64,000 nucleotides of DNA from an uncultured Chloroflexia bacterium (GTDB lineage Bacteria > Chloroflexota > Dehalococcoidia > DSTF01 > JACRBR01). The translations under genes were made by a program, and so were the position numbers. This document shows, piece after piece, positions 40,145 through 52,352 of the stretch (positions within the stretch are counted from its first letter, which is position 1; each line of letters begins with the position of its first letter). The stretch spans positions 370,107-434,106 of the forward strand of contig CAVUOT010000006.1 of assembly GCA_963743185.1 (NCBI GenBank). The letters are read 5' to 3'. The notes below the pieces were generated by a model. The model was given only the letters and a program-made list of their open reading frames with translations, was not told where the DNA came from and did no database searches.

Positions 40145-42248
40145 ATGACCATTCGTACGTGGGTAGGGCGCTTCTGCGTGGCCGATGGCCGCGTCGAGGA
40201 AGAGGGCCCGTGGCTCGGATCGCTGGTGCGTCAGCGCACCGACGAAGAGGCCGATGAGCTCTACGTTCTGATCGAGCCGGCAACGGAGGGTAGCGCCGAA
40301 TTCACGTCGCAGTTGGTCGATGTCATCGTCCAGCTCTACAACAAGGATCCGCTTTCGCTCACCGGTGCACTCACGCGGTCGCTCCGCGCGGCGCACGACC
40401 ACCTGCGCGACTGGAACCGCCAGAGCTTGCCCGAGCACAAGGTCGGCGCTGGCGCGAGCTGCCTCGCGATGCGCGGCGGCGACGCCTACCTGGCGCAGGT
40501 CGGACCGAGCCTCGCCTACGTCCGCTCCGCCACCGGCGACGTGCGCCGCATCCAGGCCGACGATCGCGATTTCGACCATGCGCTCGGCGTCGCCGAGGAG
40601 TTCGAGTCGAAGCTCACGCGCATCAAGCTCGAGCCGGGCGATCTCGTGCTCGTCGCGTCGACCGAGCTGGACGATGTCGCGCCGAGCGATCACGTTGAGC
40701 GCATTCTCGCGCGCGGCGCCGACGAAGCGCTGCCCGAGTTCTATCTGCTGTGCCGCGATCATCCGAATATGGCGCTCGTCTTGCTCTCCTGCTTCGAAGA
40801 GCAAACGGAGCGGCCGCCCGCGTTCCTGACGCACGACGGCGGTACCGACGCCGATAGCGTGACCGTTCCTGCTAATGAGCGACCCGCCGCGATCGCCGGC
40901 GCGCGCGTCGAAGCGCCTGTTGGCGTCGCGCCCGACCTGCCGCAGGCGTCGGTCGCGGCCGGAGCCGCTGAGGATTGGGCGTTGCCGTCGCGGCCGATCC
41001 AGGAGCAGGTGCGCGAGATCACCGACGCGACGGCGCCGCCGCCAGCGACGGGCGTCCGCCTGCGCGGCGATAGCGCGACGCCTCGCTACAAGCGCACGAC
41101 CGGCGCCTTCCAGGTGCCGCAGCTCCAGGTGCCGAAGCTGGCCGTCTTTGCGGTACTCGCGCTCGCGGTCCTGGGCGTGCTGGCGTACCTCTACATCCCC
41201 GGCTCCGTGAAAGAGAGCCGCGAGGCGGACTTCACGTCGGCCGTCGCGGACGCGCGCGCAGCGAACGCACGCGCCCAGGCGACCGGCGATCCCGGCATCA
41301 AGCGTACCCTGCTCGACGATGCGAGCACGAAGCTCGCGGCCGCCGCCAAGATACACAAGGACAACCCGGACGTCGTGTCGCTGCAGGCCGATGTGGCGTC
41401 CGCACGCGCCGTGCTCGACGCCGTGTACGAGGTCAAGGACTTCAAGACGGTCGCGGGCCTTGCGCAACTCGTCACCGGCTCGCTCTCCGTGTCGCGCGCG
41501 GCCGTAGGGGGTGACCAGGCGTACTTCCTTGATGCCAAGGGCAAGCGCGTGCTGCGCGTCCCGCTCGACGGCAGCAGCGCGCCCGACACGGTGCTCCAGG
41601 ACGGCCAGCCGGCCGGGTTCGTCACGGCCGCTCGCCCGGTGCAGATCGCGTGGTCCGAGCAAACGCAGAGCTTGATCATGATCGACGACAAGCGCCAGGC
41701 GTTCGCCTACTTCCCGGCGAGCAAGGGCACGCTGCCGATGACGATCCGCGCCGCCGACAGCATCGGCTCGTTCGACGCGATCGCGGCGAGCGCCGGCAAC
41801 CTCTATGTGCTCGACCTCAAGGCGAACCAGGTATGGCGCTACCTGCCCGGTCAGGGCGGCTTCGACAGTGAGCGCACCGCGCTGCTCGACCAGGCCGACC
41901 TACGCAACGCGACGGAGATCGCCGTGGGCCAGGACGTCTACGTGCTCGACACGAAGCAGGGCATTCGGCGCTTTGTCGGCAAGAGCCGAGGCGGCGTTTT
42001 CCATTGCCGGCATCGATACACCGCTTGTGTCGCCGGCGTCGATCTCGGTGCTACCGGGATCGAACCGGATCGTCGTCGCGGACCGCGGCAACAAGCGGAT
42101 CGTGATCGTGTCGGCCGATGGCGCCTTCATCCGCCAGATAGTCAGCCCCTCGTTCACGGACCTCCGCGCCGTCTCCGTCGACGAAGGCAAGGGCCTGCTG
42201 TACGTCCTCAACGGCGATACGCTGCTGAAGGCCGCGTTCCCGCCGTAA
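40145..42248 (+). CDS. Degenerate PP2C-like domain - TM - NHL/beta-propeller membrane protein, frameshift near 41985
   Basis: AYLAQVG, ALG and LEPGDLVLV (PP2C-like); TM; NLYVLD..ANQVWRY and IVVADRGNKRI repeats. Confidence 0.65.
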
Positions 42249-42276
42249 GCTGGTCGAACTTCCGGGAGACCAGAGC

Positions 42277-42837
42277 ATGAACGCCTTCCACCGCTGGTAC
42301 TGCAACTCCGACCGCTGGACGAAGACGCTGCAGGAAACGTACCTGCCTGCTGTCCTTCGCGGCCTCGATCTCGGCGACGACGTGCTGGAACTCGGACCGG
42401 GCCCCGGCGCCGGTACCGACTGGCTGCGCTCGCGCATCCTGCGGCTGACATCAGTTGAGATCGACCACAAGCTCGCCGATGCCCTCAAGCAGCGCATGTC
42501 CGGCACGAACGTCACTGTGATCGAGGGCGATGCCACCGCGCTCGCGCTGCCGGATGCGTCGTTCAGCGCTGCGCTCTCGTTCACGATGCTGCACCACGTG
42601 CCCTCGCGCCTGCATGACGCGCTGCTCCGCGAGGCCGCGCGCGTGCTGCGGCCGGGCGGCGTCTTCGCCGGCATGGACAGCACGCCGAACTTCGTCTGGA
42701 ACCTCTACCACCTCTTCGACGATCGCAATCCCGTGGATCCCGCGACGTTCGCCGCGCGCCTCGAAGCCGCCGGCTTCAAGGACGTGCGCGTCCGCACCGC
42801 CGCCGGCGGCTTCTCGTGGCGTGCGCAGAAGGCGTAG
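42277..42837 (+). CDS. Class I SAM-dependent methyltransferase
   Basis: VLELGPGPG, LHHV and RVLRPGG. Confidence 0.88.
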   Translation: MNAFHRWYCNSDRWTKTLQETYLPAVLRGLDLGDDVLELGPGPGAGTDWLRSRILRLTSVEIDHKLADALKQRMSGTNVTVIEGDATALALPDASFSAALSFTMLHHVPSRLHDALLREAARVLRPGGVFAGMDSTPNFVWNLYHLFDDRNPVDPATFAARLEAAGFKDVRVRTAAGGFSWRAQKA

Positions 42838-42881
42838 CGTTGCTTCGGCGTATTCCAGCTTCTTCCGCGCCGCGACAAGCG

Positions 42882-44564
42882 TCACACCCCCGCGCGCGTG
42901 ATCGCGCCTTCGCTCGCGCTGGACACGAGCGCGGCGTACTTCGCCATGACGCCGGTCTTGTAGCGGGGCTCCGGGGCGCGCCAGTCGCGGAGGCGGGCGG
43001 CGATCTCGTCGTCGCTCAGCTCCACGTCGAGGCGGCGGTTCGTGATGTCGATGTGGATCGTGTCGCCTTCGCGGATCGCCGCGATCGGACCGCCGACGAA
43101 CGCCTCCGGCGCAACGTGCCCGGCCATCAGGCCGCGCGTCGCGCCGCTGAAGCGACCGTCCGTGAGCAGCGCCACCGTCTCGCCCATGCCCTCGCCGACG
43201 ATCGCCGACGTGACGCCGAGCATCTCGCGCATGCCGGGGCCGCCCTTCGGGCCTTCGTAGCGGATCACCACGACGTCGCCGGGCTTGATGCGGTGCTCCG
43301 TCACGGCGTGCATCGCGTCTTCCTCGCGGTCGAAGACGCGCGCAGGCCCGCGATGCGACAGCCGCTCGTGGCCCGCCACCTTCACGACGCAGCCTTCGGG
43401 CGCCAGGTTGCCCTTCAAGATGACGAGGCCGCCGGTCTTCTTCAGCGGCCTGTCGAGCGCCCGCACGACGTCCTGCCCCGGCGTCTCGACCGCGAGCTTC
43501 GCCTCGTCGCCGAACGAGCGGCCGCTGGGCGTCGGCCGCGACGCGTCGACGAAGCCACCGGCGACCAGTCGCTGAGCGACGAGCTGCACGCCGCCCGCTT
43601 TGTCGAGGTCGGCCGCGACGTACTGGCCGCCCGGCTTCAGGTCGGCCAGCAGCGGCGTGTGCTCGCTGACGCGATCGAAGTCGTCGATCGTCAGCGGCAC
43701 GTTCGCCTCGCGCGCGAGCGCCAGCAGGTGCAGCACAGCGTTCGTCGAGCCGCCCGTCGCCGCGACGCCGGCGATCGCGTTCTCGAACGACGCGCGCGTC
43801 AGGATGTCGAGCGGGCGCACGTTGCGGCGCAGCACGTCCATCACCGTCTCGCCGGCGCGCACGCCGACGTCGTCCTTGCGCGGGTCGACGGCCGGCACGC
43901 TGGCGCTGCCCATCGGCGACAGGCCGATGAACTCCATGGCCAGCGCCATCGTGTTCGCGGTGAACTGCCCGCCGCACGCGCCCGGCCCCGGGCACGCCGC
44001 GTGCTCGAGCGCGTCCAGTTCCTCGTCGGAGAGCGTGCCCGCCGCGTTCTGGCCGACGCCCTCGAAGACGTCCTGAATGTTGACGTCGCGGCCCTTGTAC
44101 CGGCCGGGCAGGATCGTGCCGCCGTAGACGATGATGCCGGGGATGTTCAGCCGCGCCAGCGCCATCGCCGCGCCGGGGATCGTCTTGTCGCAGCCGACGA
44201 GGCACACGAGCGCATCGAACATGTAGCCGCGCGTGCACAGTTCGATCGAGTCGGCGATCACCTCGCGCGAGATGAGCGACGTCTTCATGCCCTCGGTGCC
44301 CATCGTGATGCCGTCGCTGATGGCGATCGTGTTGAACTCCATCGGCGTGCCGCCGGCCTTCCGCACGCCCTCGGCCACCTTCGCGGCGAGAAGCCGCAGG
44401 TTGAAGTTGCACGGCATGGTGCCGATCCAGGTGTTCGCAATGCCGACGATCGGTTTCTGGATGTCTTCCTTCGTGAACCCGATGCTGTAGTAGTAGCTGC
44501 GGGCGGCGGCGCGCGTCGGCCCGTCGGTGATCGTGCGAGAGTTGTGCTTGGGGTCAAATGCCAT
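42882..44564 (-). CDS. ilvD: Dihydroxy-acid dehydratase
   Basis: [29 protein letters not shown] and TDGRFSG. Confidence 0.97.
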   Translation of the reverse strand: MAFDPKHNSRTITDGPTRAAARSYYYSIGFTKEDIQKPIVGIANTWIGTMPCNFNLRLLAAKVAEGVRKAGGTPMEFNTIAISDGITMGTEGMKTSLISREVIADSIELCTRGYMFDALVCLVGCDKTIPGAAMALARLNIPGIIVYGGTILPGRYKGRDVNIQDVFEGVGQNAAGTLSDEELDALEHAACPGPGACGGQFTANTMALAMEFIGLSPMGSASVPAVDPRKDDVGVRAGETVMDVLRRNVRPLDILTRASFENAIAGVAATGGSTNAVLHLLALAREANVPLTIDDFDRVSEHTPLLADLKPGGQYVAADLDKAGGVQLVAQRLVAGGFVDASRPTPSGRSFGDEAKLAVETPGQDVVRALDRPLKKTGGLVILKGNLAPEGCVVKVAGHERLSHRGPARVFDREEDAMHAVTEHRIKPGDVVVIRYEGPKGGPGMREMLGVTSAIVGEGMGETVALLTDGRFSGATRGLMAGHVAPEAFVGGPIAAIREGDTIHIDITNRRLDVELSDDEIAARLRDWRAPEPRYKTGVMAKYAALVSSASEGAITRAGV

Positions 44565-44762
44565 GATGCCCTCCGTGGGAGAAGATTACAGCTTCGGCGT
44601 CGGGCGTGACAGCCTCAATGCGGGCCGCGGGCTCCCGCGCCTGTTCCTGGTGCGCGGGCTTTCCATTGCACTCCGCACATTGGAGGATCTTGACCGTTAG
44701 CGCGCATTCGTCGATGGTACCGGGGCTGAGCGATGACGCTCAGTCGCCTACGGAGGTGACGT

Positions 44763-45611
44763 GTGTGCCGACGGATGATCATCGCTGCATCGCTGGTTGC
44801 CTGTGCCGCGGCCATCAGCTCCGCCTGCGGCGGCGGCGACTCGAAGGACGCCACCTCAACGCCCGGAGCGACGTCGACCGCGACCGGAAGATCGGCTGCC
44901 CCGACGACCGTGCCGAAGACGCCGACGGCGGCCGCCACTGCCGCGTCGGTCGCAACTCCCGCGCCGGTCGCCACGCCGGCGGGTCAGGCGCCGTCTGGCG
45001 GCAGGACGCTCAACGAGACGCAGGCAAGGGCGCTGCTCGACGAGGCTTCGCTTATGCCGAAGGACATCGGCGCGGACTGGGTCATCACCGCCGACACGCC
45101 CTCGGACAACGCGGCGGCGGCCGCAGCCGATCCGACGAGCGCGGCATCGAACGAGCGCTGCGGCCGCCTGGCGGGACGACTCGTGACGAACGGGCCGAAG
45201 GACACGGTCTCGGCGTACCTCGGCGGCTCGATCGTCTCGGCGTTCTCGCAGCTCACCGTGTACGCGACGGCGGCCGGCGCGGCCGACTGCTCTGCTGAGA
45301 GCGCCGCGCGGTTCGCGCAAGCGGGCGAGCTGGCGCGAGCGTTCGGCTCGGTGTTCGTGAACCCCGATGCGGTGGCCGTCAAACCGGTCGATTACCCGAT
45401 CGTGGGGGACGGCTCGTTCGCGACGGCCCTCACGGGCGACATCAACGCGGCCGGGACGGTGGTGCAGTTGCAGGTCGTCATCGTCGGCTTTCTTAAGGGC
45501 AACACGTCGGCCGTCGTGGGTGTGGCGTATGCGCCGCTGACGACGCCCTCGACGAAGGAGCTGCAGCCGTTCGTCGACCTCGTGCTGCAGCGGATCAGCG
45601 CGAACCAGTAG
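44763..45611 (+). CDS. Lipoprotein, unknown function
   Basis: Lipobox SSAC, Thr/Pro/Ala linker, paired Cys; GGAGG RBS. Confidence 0.7.
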   Translation: MCRRMIIAASLVACAAAISSACGGGDSKDATSTPGATSTATGRSAAPTTVPKTPTAAATAASVATPAPVATPAGQAPSGGRTLNETQARALLDEASLMPKDIGADWVITADTPSDNAAAAAADPTSAASNERCGRLAGRLVTNGPKDTVSAYLGGSIVSAFSQLTVYATAAGAADCSAESAARFAQAGELARAFGSVFVNPDAVAVKPVDYPIVGDGSFATALTGDINAAGTVVQLQVVIVGFLKGNTSAVVGVAYAPLTTPSTKELQPFVDLVLQRISANQ

Positions 45612-45623
45612 TGTGATGCGGGG

Positions 45624-46292
45624 ATGAGCGGCGCCATGCCGGACAAGACGCTGCGTATCGCAGTTTCGGCGGACACGGCCATCACCGCCGTGCGCACTGC
45701 AGTCGAGGACGCGCGCTGGACGTTCATCTACGCGCCCGGCGCGGGCTCCAACATCCACGATCCGTTCGGTGCGTACGCAGCACGCACGCTTGCGGCGCAG
45801 GGCATCGCCACCGTTCGCTTCCAGTTCCCGTATATGGAGGCGGGCCGCCGCGGCCCCGATCGCACCGCCGTGTTGGAGGCGGCGTGGCGCGCCGTCATCG
45901 AAGCGGTCCGCGACGACGGCACGCGCCTCGTAGTCGGCGGCCGCTCGATGGGCGGGCGCATCGCGTCGATGGTTGTGGCGCAGGGCGTCGCGGTCGACGC
46001 GCTGGCGCTGTTCGCGTACCCGCTGCACCCTCCCGGCAAGGCCGATCAGCTTCGTGTCGAGCACTTCGCGGCGATCGAAGTGCCCGCGCTCTTCGTCTCC
46101 GGCACGAACGACGCGTTCGGCTCGCCCGACGAGCTGCGCGCCGCGACGAAGGGGCTGAAGCGCTCGACGCTGCGCCTGCTCGCCGCTGCCGATCACGGCT
46201 TCGCGGCGCCGAAATCAAGCGGGCGGACGCGCGACGACGTATACGCGGAGGCCGTCGATGCGTTCACTGCGTGGCTTGGCGGGATCAAGTAA
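45624..46292 (+). CDS. Alpha/beta hydrolase family protein
   Basis: GGRSMGGR, YPLHPPG, GTND and ADH. Confidence 0.88.
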   Translation: MSGAMPDKTLRIAVSADTAITAVRTAVEDARWTFIYAPGAGSNIHDPFGAYAARTLAAQGIATVRFQFPYMEAGRRGPDRTAVLEAAWRAVIEAVRDDGTRLVVGGRSMGGRIASMVVAQGVAVDALALFAYPLHPPGKADQLRVEHFAAIEVPALFVSGTNDAFGSPDELRAATKGLKRSTLRLLAAADHGFAAPKSSGRTRDDVYAEAVDAFTAWLGGIK

Positions 46293-46394
46293 GCTCACCG
46301 CGACACTATTCGCAGTGCGGGCAGGGGCGGTAAGGCACTGGCTACCACGCCGACCACCACAACAGCAGAGGGGGACGCGAAGCCGCCTCAGGGG

Positions 46395-47573
46395 GTGCCG
46401 CGCAACGTCGTGCTGCTCGGCGTCGTCAGCCTCTTCGCCGACATCAGCAGCGAGATGGTGTACCCGCTGATCCCGCTCTTCCTCACGACGACGCTCGGCG
46501 CGCCCGTCGTCGCTGTTGGCCTGATCGAGGGCGTCGCGGAGAGCACGGCCAGCCTGCTCAAATGGATCTTCGGCTGGTTCTCCGATCGCTTCCGCCGCCG
46601 CGTGCCGTTCACGTTCGCCGGCTACGCGCTTGCCGCGATTGCGAAGCCCGGCCTCGCCGCGGCCTTCGTGTGGCCTACCGCGCTCTTCGTCCGCTTCCTG
46701 GACCGGTCGGGTAAAGGCATCCGCACGGCGCCGCGCGACGCCCTCATCGCCGACTCTACGAACGCGTCGCAGCGCGGACGTGCGTTCGGGCTTCACCGGG
46801 CGATGGATACATCGGGCGCGATCATCGGGCCGCTCGCGGCGCTCGGGTTGCTCGCGTGGTTCGGCCACAGCAACTATCGCCCGATCTTCCTCATCGCGGG
46901 CATCCCCGGCGCCATTTCGATCCTGCTGGTGCTGTTCGTGCGTGAGATCCGGCACACGCCGCGCATCGGCGCGCTGCCGCCGCTGCTCTCGCTGCGCGGC
47001 TACGACCGCCGATTCCTCCAGTTCGTGGCCGTCACGCTGCTCTTCTCCGTGGGCAACTCCAGCGACGCGTTCCTCATCCTTCGCTCGAAGGATGTCGGCC
47101 TCGGCGCAACCGCGATCGTCCTCGCATACGTGCTGTACAACATCTCCTACGCCGCACTCGCGCTGCCGGCCGGCATCCGCTCCGACCGAATCGGGCGGCG
47201 GCCCGTGCTCGTTGCGGGCTTCGCGATCTTCGCCCTGGTGTATGCGGGCTTCGCCCTCGCGTCGGACGGGTGGATGATCTGGCCGTTGTTCATCGTCTAC
47301 GGAGCGTATATCGCCTTCACCGAAGGCGTGGGCAAAGCGTACGTCTCGGACCTCGTCCCCCCGGAGCGACGTGGCACGGCGCTCGGTCTGTACAACGCGA
47401 GCCTGGGCGTCATGCTGCTGCTCTCGAGCATCATCGGGGGCGCGTTGTGGAGTCTTATCGGCCCGGCGGCTACCTTCGCGTTCGGCGCGTCGACCGCCGC
47501 GCTGGCGGCGCTGTTGCTGATCACGCTCAACCCGGTGAGTAAGGTGGCGGTTCGCGTGCAAGCCGTGGATTAG
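46395..47573 (+). CDS. MFS transporter
   Basis: DISSEM, DR.GKGIRTAPRDALIA and about 12 TM helices. Confidence 0.9.
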   Translation: MPRNVVLLGVVSLFADISSEMVYPLIPLFLTTTLGAPVVAVGLIEGVAESTASLLKWIFGWFSDRFRRRVPFTFAGYALAAIAKPGLAAAFVWPTALFVRFLDRSGKGIRTAPRDALIADSTNASQRGRAFGLHRAMDTSGAIIGPLAALGLLAWFGHSNYRPIFLIAGIPGAISILLVLFVREIRHTPRIGALPPLLSLRGYDRRFLQFVAVTLLFSVGNSSDAFLILRSKDVGLGATAIVLAYVLYNISYAALALPAGIRSDRIGRRPVLVAGFAIFALVYAGFALASDGWMIWPLFIVYGAYIAFTEGVGKAYVSDLVPPERRGTALGLYNASLGVMLLLSSIIGGALWSLIGPAATFAFGASTAALAALLLITLNPVSKVAVRVQAVD

Positions 47574-47604
47574 GAGCCGACAGCCAGCGGCTGACAGCGG
47601 TCAG

Positions 47605-48738
47605 CTATCCCAGCTTGTCCTTCAGCTTCCCCATGATGCCGCGGTCCTCCTGCGGCTTCACCGGCGTGCCCATCGAGGCAGCGAGCTGCTTGAGCAGCTC
47701 CTTCTGGTCCTTCGTCGGGTTCTTCGGCGTCACGACGTTGACGTGCACGATCATGTCGCCGCGGCCGCCGCCGCGCAGGTGTGGCACGCCTTTGCCGCGC
47801 ACGATGAACGTCTCGCCGGTCTGCGTGCCGGCCGGGATGCGCAACTCGTGCGGCTGTCCGTCGATCGTCGGCACTTCGACCTCGTCGCCGAGGGCGACCT
47901 GCGCGAAGTTCAGGTCGAGCCCGAGGATCAGATCGTCGTCGTCCCGCTGGAACATCTCGTGCGGTCTGACGTTGAGCTGCAGGTAGAGGTTGCCGCGCGG
48001 GCCGCCGTGGCTGCCGAGTTCGCCCTCGCCGCTGAGCCGCATCTGCGATCCGTCGTCGACGCCGGCGGGGATCTTCACCGAGAGCTTACGCTTCTTCTTC
48101 TCCCGTCCGACGCCGCGGCAGTTCTTGCACGGGTGCGTGACCATGCGCCCCTCGCCGCGGCAGCGGTCGCACATCGCAACGTTCACGAACTGGCCGAAGA
48201 TGCTCTGCTGCGCGCGGCGCACCTCGCCGCTGCCGTTGCACTGCGTGCAGCGCTCGGGCTCGGTGCCGGGCTCCGTGCGGAGGCCGTTGCAGACCGAGCA
48301 GAGCTCGGCCGACTGCACCTCGAAGTTCTTCTCCGCGCCGAAGACCGCCTCTTCGAACGTCAGCGTGAGCGAACGCCGGGCGTCGGCGCCGCGCGCCGGC
48401 CCGCGCTGCGTGCGCGACTGTGCGCCGCCGAAGAAGGCGTCGAAGATGTCGCCCAGGCCGCCGAAGCCGAAGCCCTCGAAGCCGCGCGCGAAGCCGTCCG
48501 CCCCGCCTTGCATCGCGGCGTGGCCGAAACGGTCGTACATCGCGCGCTTCTCGGGATCGGAGAGGACCTCGTACGCTTCGCTGACTGCCTTGAACTTCGC
48601 CTCGGCGCCCGGCTCCTGGTTGCGGTCCGGGTGGAACTGCATCGCCAGGCGGCGAAACGCCTTCTTCAGCTCGTCCGCGCCCGCGCTCCTCGGGACACCG
48701 AGGACATCGTAATAGTCTTGCTTCTGTTCAGTAGCCAT
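47605..48738 (-). CDS. dnaJ: Chaperone DnaJ
   Basis: HPD J-domain, G/F region and four CxxCxGxx-type repeats. Confidence 0.97.
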   Translation of the reverse strand: MATEQKQDYYDVLGVPRSAGADELKKAFRRLAMQFHPDRNQEPGAEAKFKAVSEAYEVLSDPEKRAMYDRFGHAAMQGGADGFARGFEGFGFGGLGDIFDAFFGGAQSRTQRGPARGADARRSLTLTFEEAVFGAEKNFEVQSAELCSVCNGLRTEPGTEPERCTQCNGSGEVRRAQQSIFGQFVNVAMCDRCRGEGRMVTHPCKNCRGVGREKKKRKLSVKIPAGVDDGSQMRLSGEGELGSHGGPRGNLYLQLNVRPHEMFQRDDDDLILGLDLNFAQVALGDEVEVPTIDGQPHELRIPAGTQTGETFIVRGKGVPHLRGGGRGDMIVHVNVVTPKNPTKDQKELLKQLAASMGTPVKPQEDRGIMGKLKDKLG

Positions 48739-48918
48739 CTACGCCTGTATCGCACTGCATCGCTCGGGCCGGTATCGGTGGATCCATTGTAGCGAGTGCG
48801 GCCGGATCAGGGGATTTCGGGTTCGGATGAGCCAGGCCGGTGATGAGCAGGCGTCGCGAGGCAGCGGGAAAGGCGCGCATCGCGCGCCCTCCCCGGCGTG
48901 GTGGCGAAAGCCGGCGGG

Positions 48919-49663
48919 CTACTTGATGCCCCACGTGATCGATACGTCGACGGTCACATCCAGCTCCCCCGGCTGGATCGGCGTCGATGGCTCCGTCGCG
49001 CGGTGCGGAGACGGCATTACCGGCGCGAGCGTCGAAGATCGGCGTGACGCTGCTCTCCGAGATCGTCATCGCGTCACCGACGCTCACGCCAGCCGACTTC
49101 GCAAGCGTCTCCGCCTTCGCTTTGGCGTCGGCGACGGCCTTCTCGCGCGCCTGCTGCTTCAGGTCGTCCGGGTTGTCGATGGTGAACGACAGGCCCTGGA
49201 TCTGCGTGTCATTGCCACCGGCGGTCACCGCGTCGTCGACCGTCTGACTCGTCTTGTTGATGTCGCGCACCGTCACGCTCAGAATGTTCGTCACCTGGAA
49301 GCCGCGCAACCGCTGCTTGCCTTCGTTGTAGTCGTACTGCGGCTGGATGCTGAACTGCTGTGTCTGGATGTCCTTCTCGGCGACGCCGTTGTTCTTGAGG
49401 GACTTGATCATCGCGTCGAGTGAGGCGGCCGCCTGGTCGCGCGCCTTCTGTACCGTGTCCGCTTCCGCCGACACGCCGAGCGTGAGCTTCGCGATGTCCG
49501 GTTTGCCTGTCACCTTGCCCGTGCCCGTGACGCTGATGCCTCGTTGTATCTGGGCGCCGCCCGTCTCGACGCGCGTCGTCCGGTCGCCGCAGCTGACGGC
49601 CAGCAGCGACAGCGCGACCGCCGCCCCCAGCCCCGCGATAAGCCCGATCGTCCTTCGTTGCAT
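48919..49663 (-). CDS. SIMPL (DUF541) domain lipoprotein, frameshift near 48995
   Basis: ISVTGTG.V...PD.A and A..DAKAKA..LA...GV; lipobox AVSC. Confidence 0.88.
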
Positions 49664-50473
49664 CACAGCCGCTCCCTTCCTCGTCTCCGCACAATGATCG
49701 CGGCAGCCGCCGATGCGAGCGCGATCGCCGCCGCCAGCGATCTCTATGACGCGCATTGCCGTCGTATTGTTCCCGTCGTTGTCGGCCGTAGCTCGGCCGG
49801 ACGCTGCCTTGAGCTCGCTCGTCGCAGTCGGCACCGGCCCGAAGGCCGAGCGCGCCGCCTGCGTTGCGTCGGTACGCAGGTGCGAGCTGCTGCTGGCTCG
49901 TCGGGAGTATCGTCTCGCTGGCGCACCGGGCGCGGCGCGCGTTCGCAGTTGTGTCGGCTCCGGCCGCGCCGCTCTGCGGCACGGGCGCACTCGCCGCACC
50001 GGCGATGCTCTTGTCCGCCGCGCCGCTGCGTCTCCACGTTCGGCGCATTGTCCGCCGCGCGCGCCGCAGCCATCGGCGCCCGATCCGCACTGTAACTCGA
50101 TCCTCCGCTGCTCGACGACAGGTCCACGCCAATCACAATCGCGAACACCACCGCCGCCGCCGCACTCGCGAGCGGGCGCCCACCGCAGCATCGGCGAAGG
50201 CCGCGGCGCGCCGCTGACCGCCGCGCGCTCTAGATCGGCGGCGCGCAGCCGAAAGGAGCGCGTCGGCGCTGCTTCGGGCATCGCCCGCAGCGCTGCGCGC
50301 GTAGCCCGTAGACCGTCGAGCCGGGCGCGGCACGCTTCACAGGAGGCGACGTGCGCTTGCACGCGCACCGTCTCGCGCGCGTCGAGTCGGCCGTCAAGAT
50401 GCGCCGACAGCGCGTCGACGTCCGGCTCATGTTTACGCAGGTATCGCAACAACTTGTTCACACGTTTCACCAT
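49663..50473 (-). CDS. Zinc-finger anti-sigma factor, several frameshifts
   Basis: LSAHLDG...HVASCEAC (HxxxCxxC) and TM segments. Confidence 0.8.
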
Positions 50474-50510
50474 AGCGAGGCCGTACGATGAGTACGGTCC
50501 GTATCTTTAT

Positions 50511-50536
50511 GACGCTACCAGACGCCAGGTTGTTCC
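50511..50536 (-). promoter_or_regulatory. ECF-type promoter at the sigma-gene 3' end
   Basis: GGAAC-N17-CGTC on the minus strand, upstream of the anti-sigma ATG. Confidence 0.5.
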
Positions 50537-51125
50537 CGCGGTCCGAGGTCGCGCCGCAGCTTGTCCCGCCCGCGCGCGATGCGCGACTTCACGGTACCGA
50601 CCGACGTCCGCATCGCCGCCGCGATCTCCTCATACGCGAAGCCCTGGATGTCACACATGACGACGGCCAGCCGCTGGTCCGGCGGCAGCCGTAGCAGCGC
50701 CGCCTGCACCACGTCGTGCTGTTCACGCCGCAGCGCCTCCGTTTCCGGGCCGGGAGCGGTGTCCGGCACGTCGATCGGGTTGTCGCTACCGGGGAGCGGC
50801 GCGTCGAGCGACACGGCGGGCCGCCGTCCGCGCCGCCGCAGCTCGTCGACGCAGGCGTTCGACGCGATGCGCATCAGCCACGGGCGGAGGTTCGCGCCTT
50901 TGAACGTTCGAATACTCCGGTAGGCGGACAGAAAAGCGTCCTGCGTGGCATCTTCCGCGGCGGCGCTGTTGCCGAGCATACGAAGAGCAGAGGTTGTAGA
51001 CTGCGCGCTGGTGCAGGTCTACAAGCCCGTTGAACGCATTGAGATCACCGTCCCGGGCGAGCCGGAGGAAGTCGGGTTCGCTGTCCGGACGTGCGGCGCA
51101 GGCTCGGGAGCAGGATTTCGTATCA
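50515..51125 (-). CDS. ECF sigma factor, frameshift near 50985 (start uncertain)
   Basis: GDLNAFNGLV, AEDATQDAF, WLMRIASN and YEEIA...GTVKSRIARGR. Confidence 0.9.
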
Positions 51126-51193
51126 ATCGCGCAGATTCTAACAGAGTCCGGCGCGCGAAGTGCCGGCGGCTGCATGCTAGAATAGAGGAGCTT

Positions 51194-52208
51194 ATGTCCA
51201 ACGATCCCGCCGGCCCGGACGGCTTGACCGGGCAGCCCTTGCATCCCGCAGAACGAACACTCGATGCGCCCTCGTCGCAGAGCGATGCTGACCCGTCGGG
51301 CTTCGCACCCGGCGGATTCGACGCGGACGTTCCTCCCGCCGCCGCAACGCCCGCGCTGTCCGAACCGGCGCCTGCGAGCGAAGCTTCCGCGCCGGTCGAA
51401 GCATCCGTGCCCGGCGAGCCATCCGCCGAAGCCGACCGACCGCTACGTCGATGTGCCCGCCTCGCTCGAGCTCTCGTACTCCGCGGCCGACATCGGCCTC
51501 AGCCCGAACGCCTACGACCGCGCGTACCCGTACGAGGTCATCCAGCGGAAGCGCCGGCAAACGGCCGGCACGCGCGTCCGAAAGGTCGGCCGCGAGCTGG
51601 CCGAGACGGTCATCCTCGCGCTACTTATCTTCTTCGCGGTGAAGGCCGTCGTGCAGAACTTCCGCGTCGAAGGCGCCAGCATGGAGCCGTCGATGCACAA
51701 CAACCAGTACCTGCTCGTCAACAAGGCGCTCTACTTTCGCGCGAACCTTGACCGGCTGCATGACTTCCTGCCGTTTGTTCCCGGGAGTGGTGACAGCGAG
51801 CACCACCTGTTCCGCGCGCCGCGCCGCGGAGACGTGATCGTCTTCAAGTTCCCGCTCGATCCGAGCCGCGACTTCATCAAGCGTGTCATCGGCGTCCCCG
51901 GCGACACGGTCGAAGTGCGCGACGAGACGGTGTTCATCAACGGCAGCCCGCTCAAAGAGGATTACATCAAGGACAAGCCGAACTACACGTACGCGCCGAA
52001 GACGGTGCCGCCCGGCATGTACTACGTGCTCGGCGACAACCGTCGCAACAGCTTCGACTCGCACGCGTGGGGAAACAGCTGCAGCCCGCAGCAGCTCTGC
52101 GACTTCGTGCCGGAGGAGAACATCATCGGCCAGGCGTGGGTCTCGTACTGGCCCTTCGACCAGCTCGGTCTGATCAACAACAAGATCATCAAGCCGATGG
52201 CGCCGTAG
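51194..52208 (+). CDS. lepB: Signal peptidase I, frameshift near 51437
   Basis: SMEP (Ser), FIKRVIGVPGD (Lys) and GDNRRNSFDS. Confidence 0.93.
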
Positions 52209-52232
52209 CGCGCGGAGCGGCGTGGATTATTC

Positions 52233-52325
52233 GAGAGGGCACGCCATGGCGTGCCCTCTCCGACCTGGAGCCACTATTTCGAATCACCGCACGTGCCGAG
52301 TAGGGGCATTCCGTAGAATGCCCCC
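52233..52325. repeat. Pair of GTAG-type REP palindromes
   Basis: Perfect 28-bp palindrome GAGAGGGCACGCCATGGCGTGCCCTCTC (52233-52260) and GTAGGGGCATTC-cgta-GAATGCCCC (from 52300). Confidence 0.7.
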
Positions 52326-52352
52326 GCCCGTGCGCTCGATGAATACGTCGGA

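Noticed and set aside
48740-48915. CIRCE element upstream of dnaJ
   Set aside because: Only a partial half-site (GCACTC); no inverted partner at 9-nt spacing.
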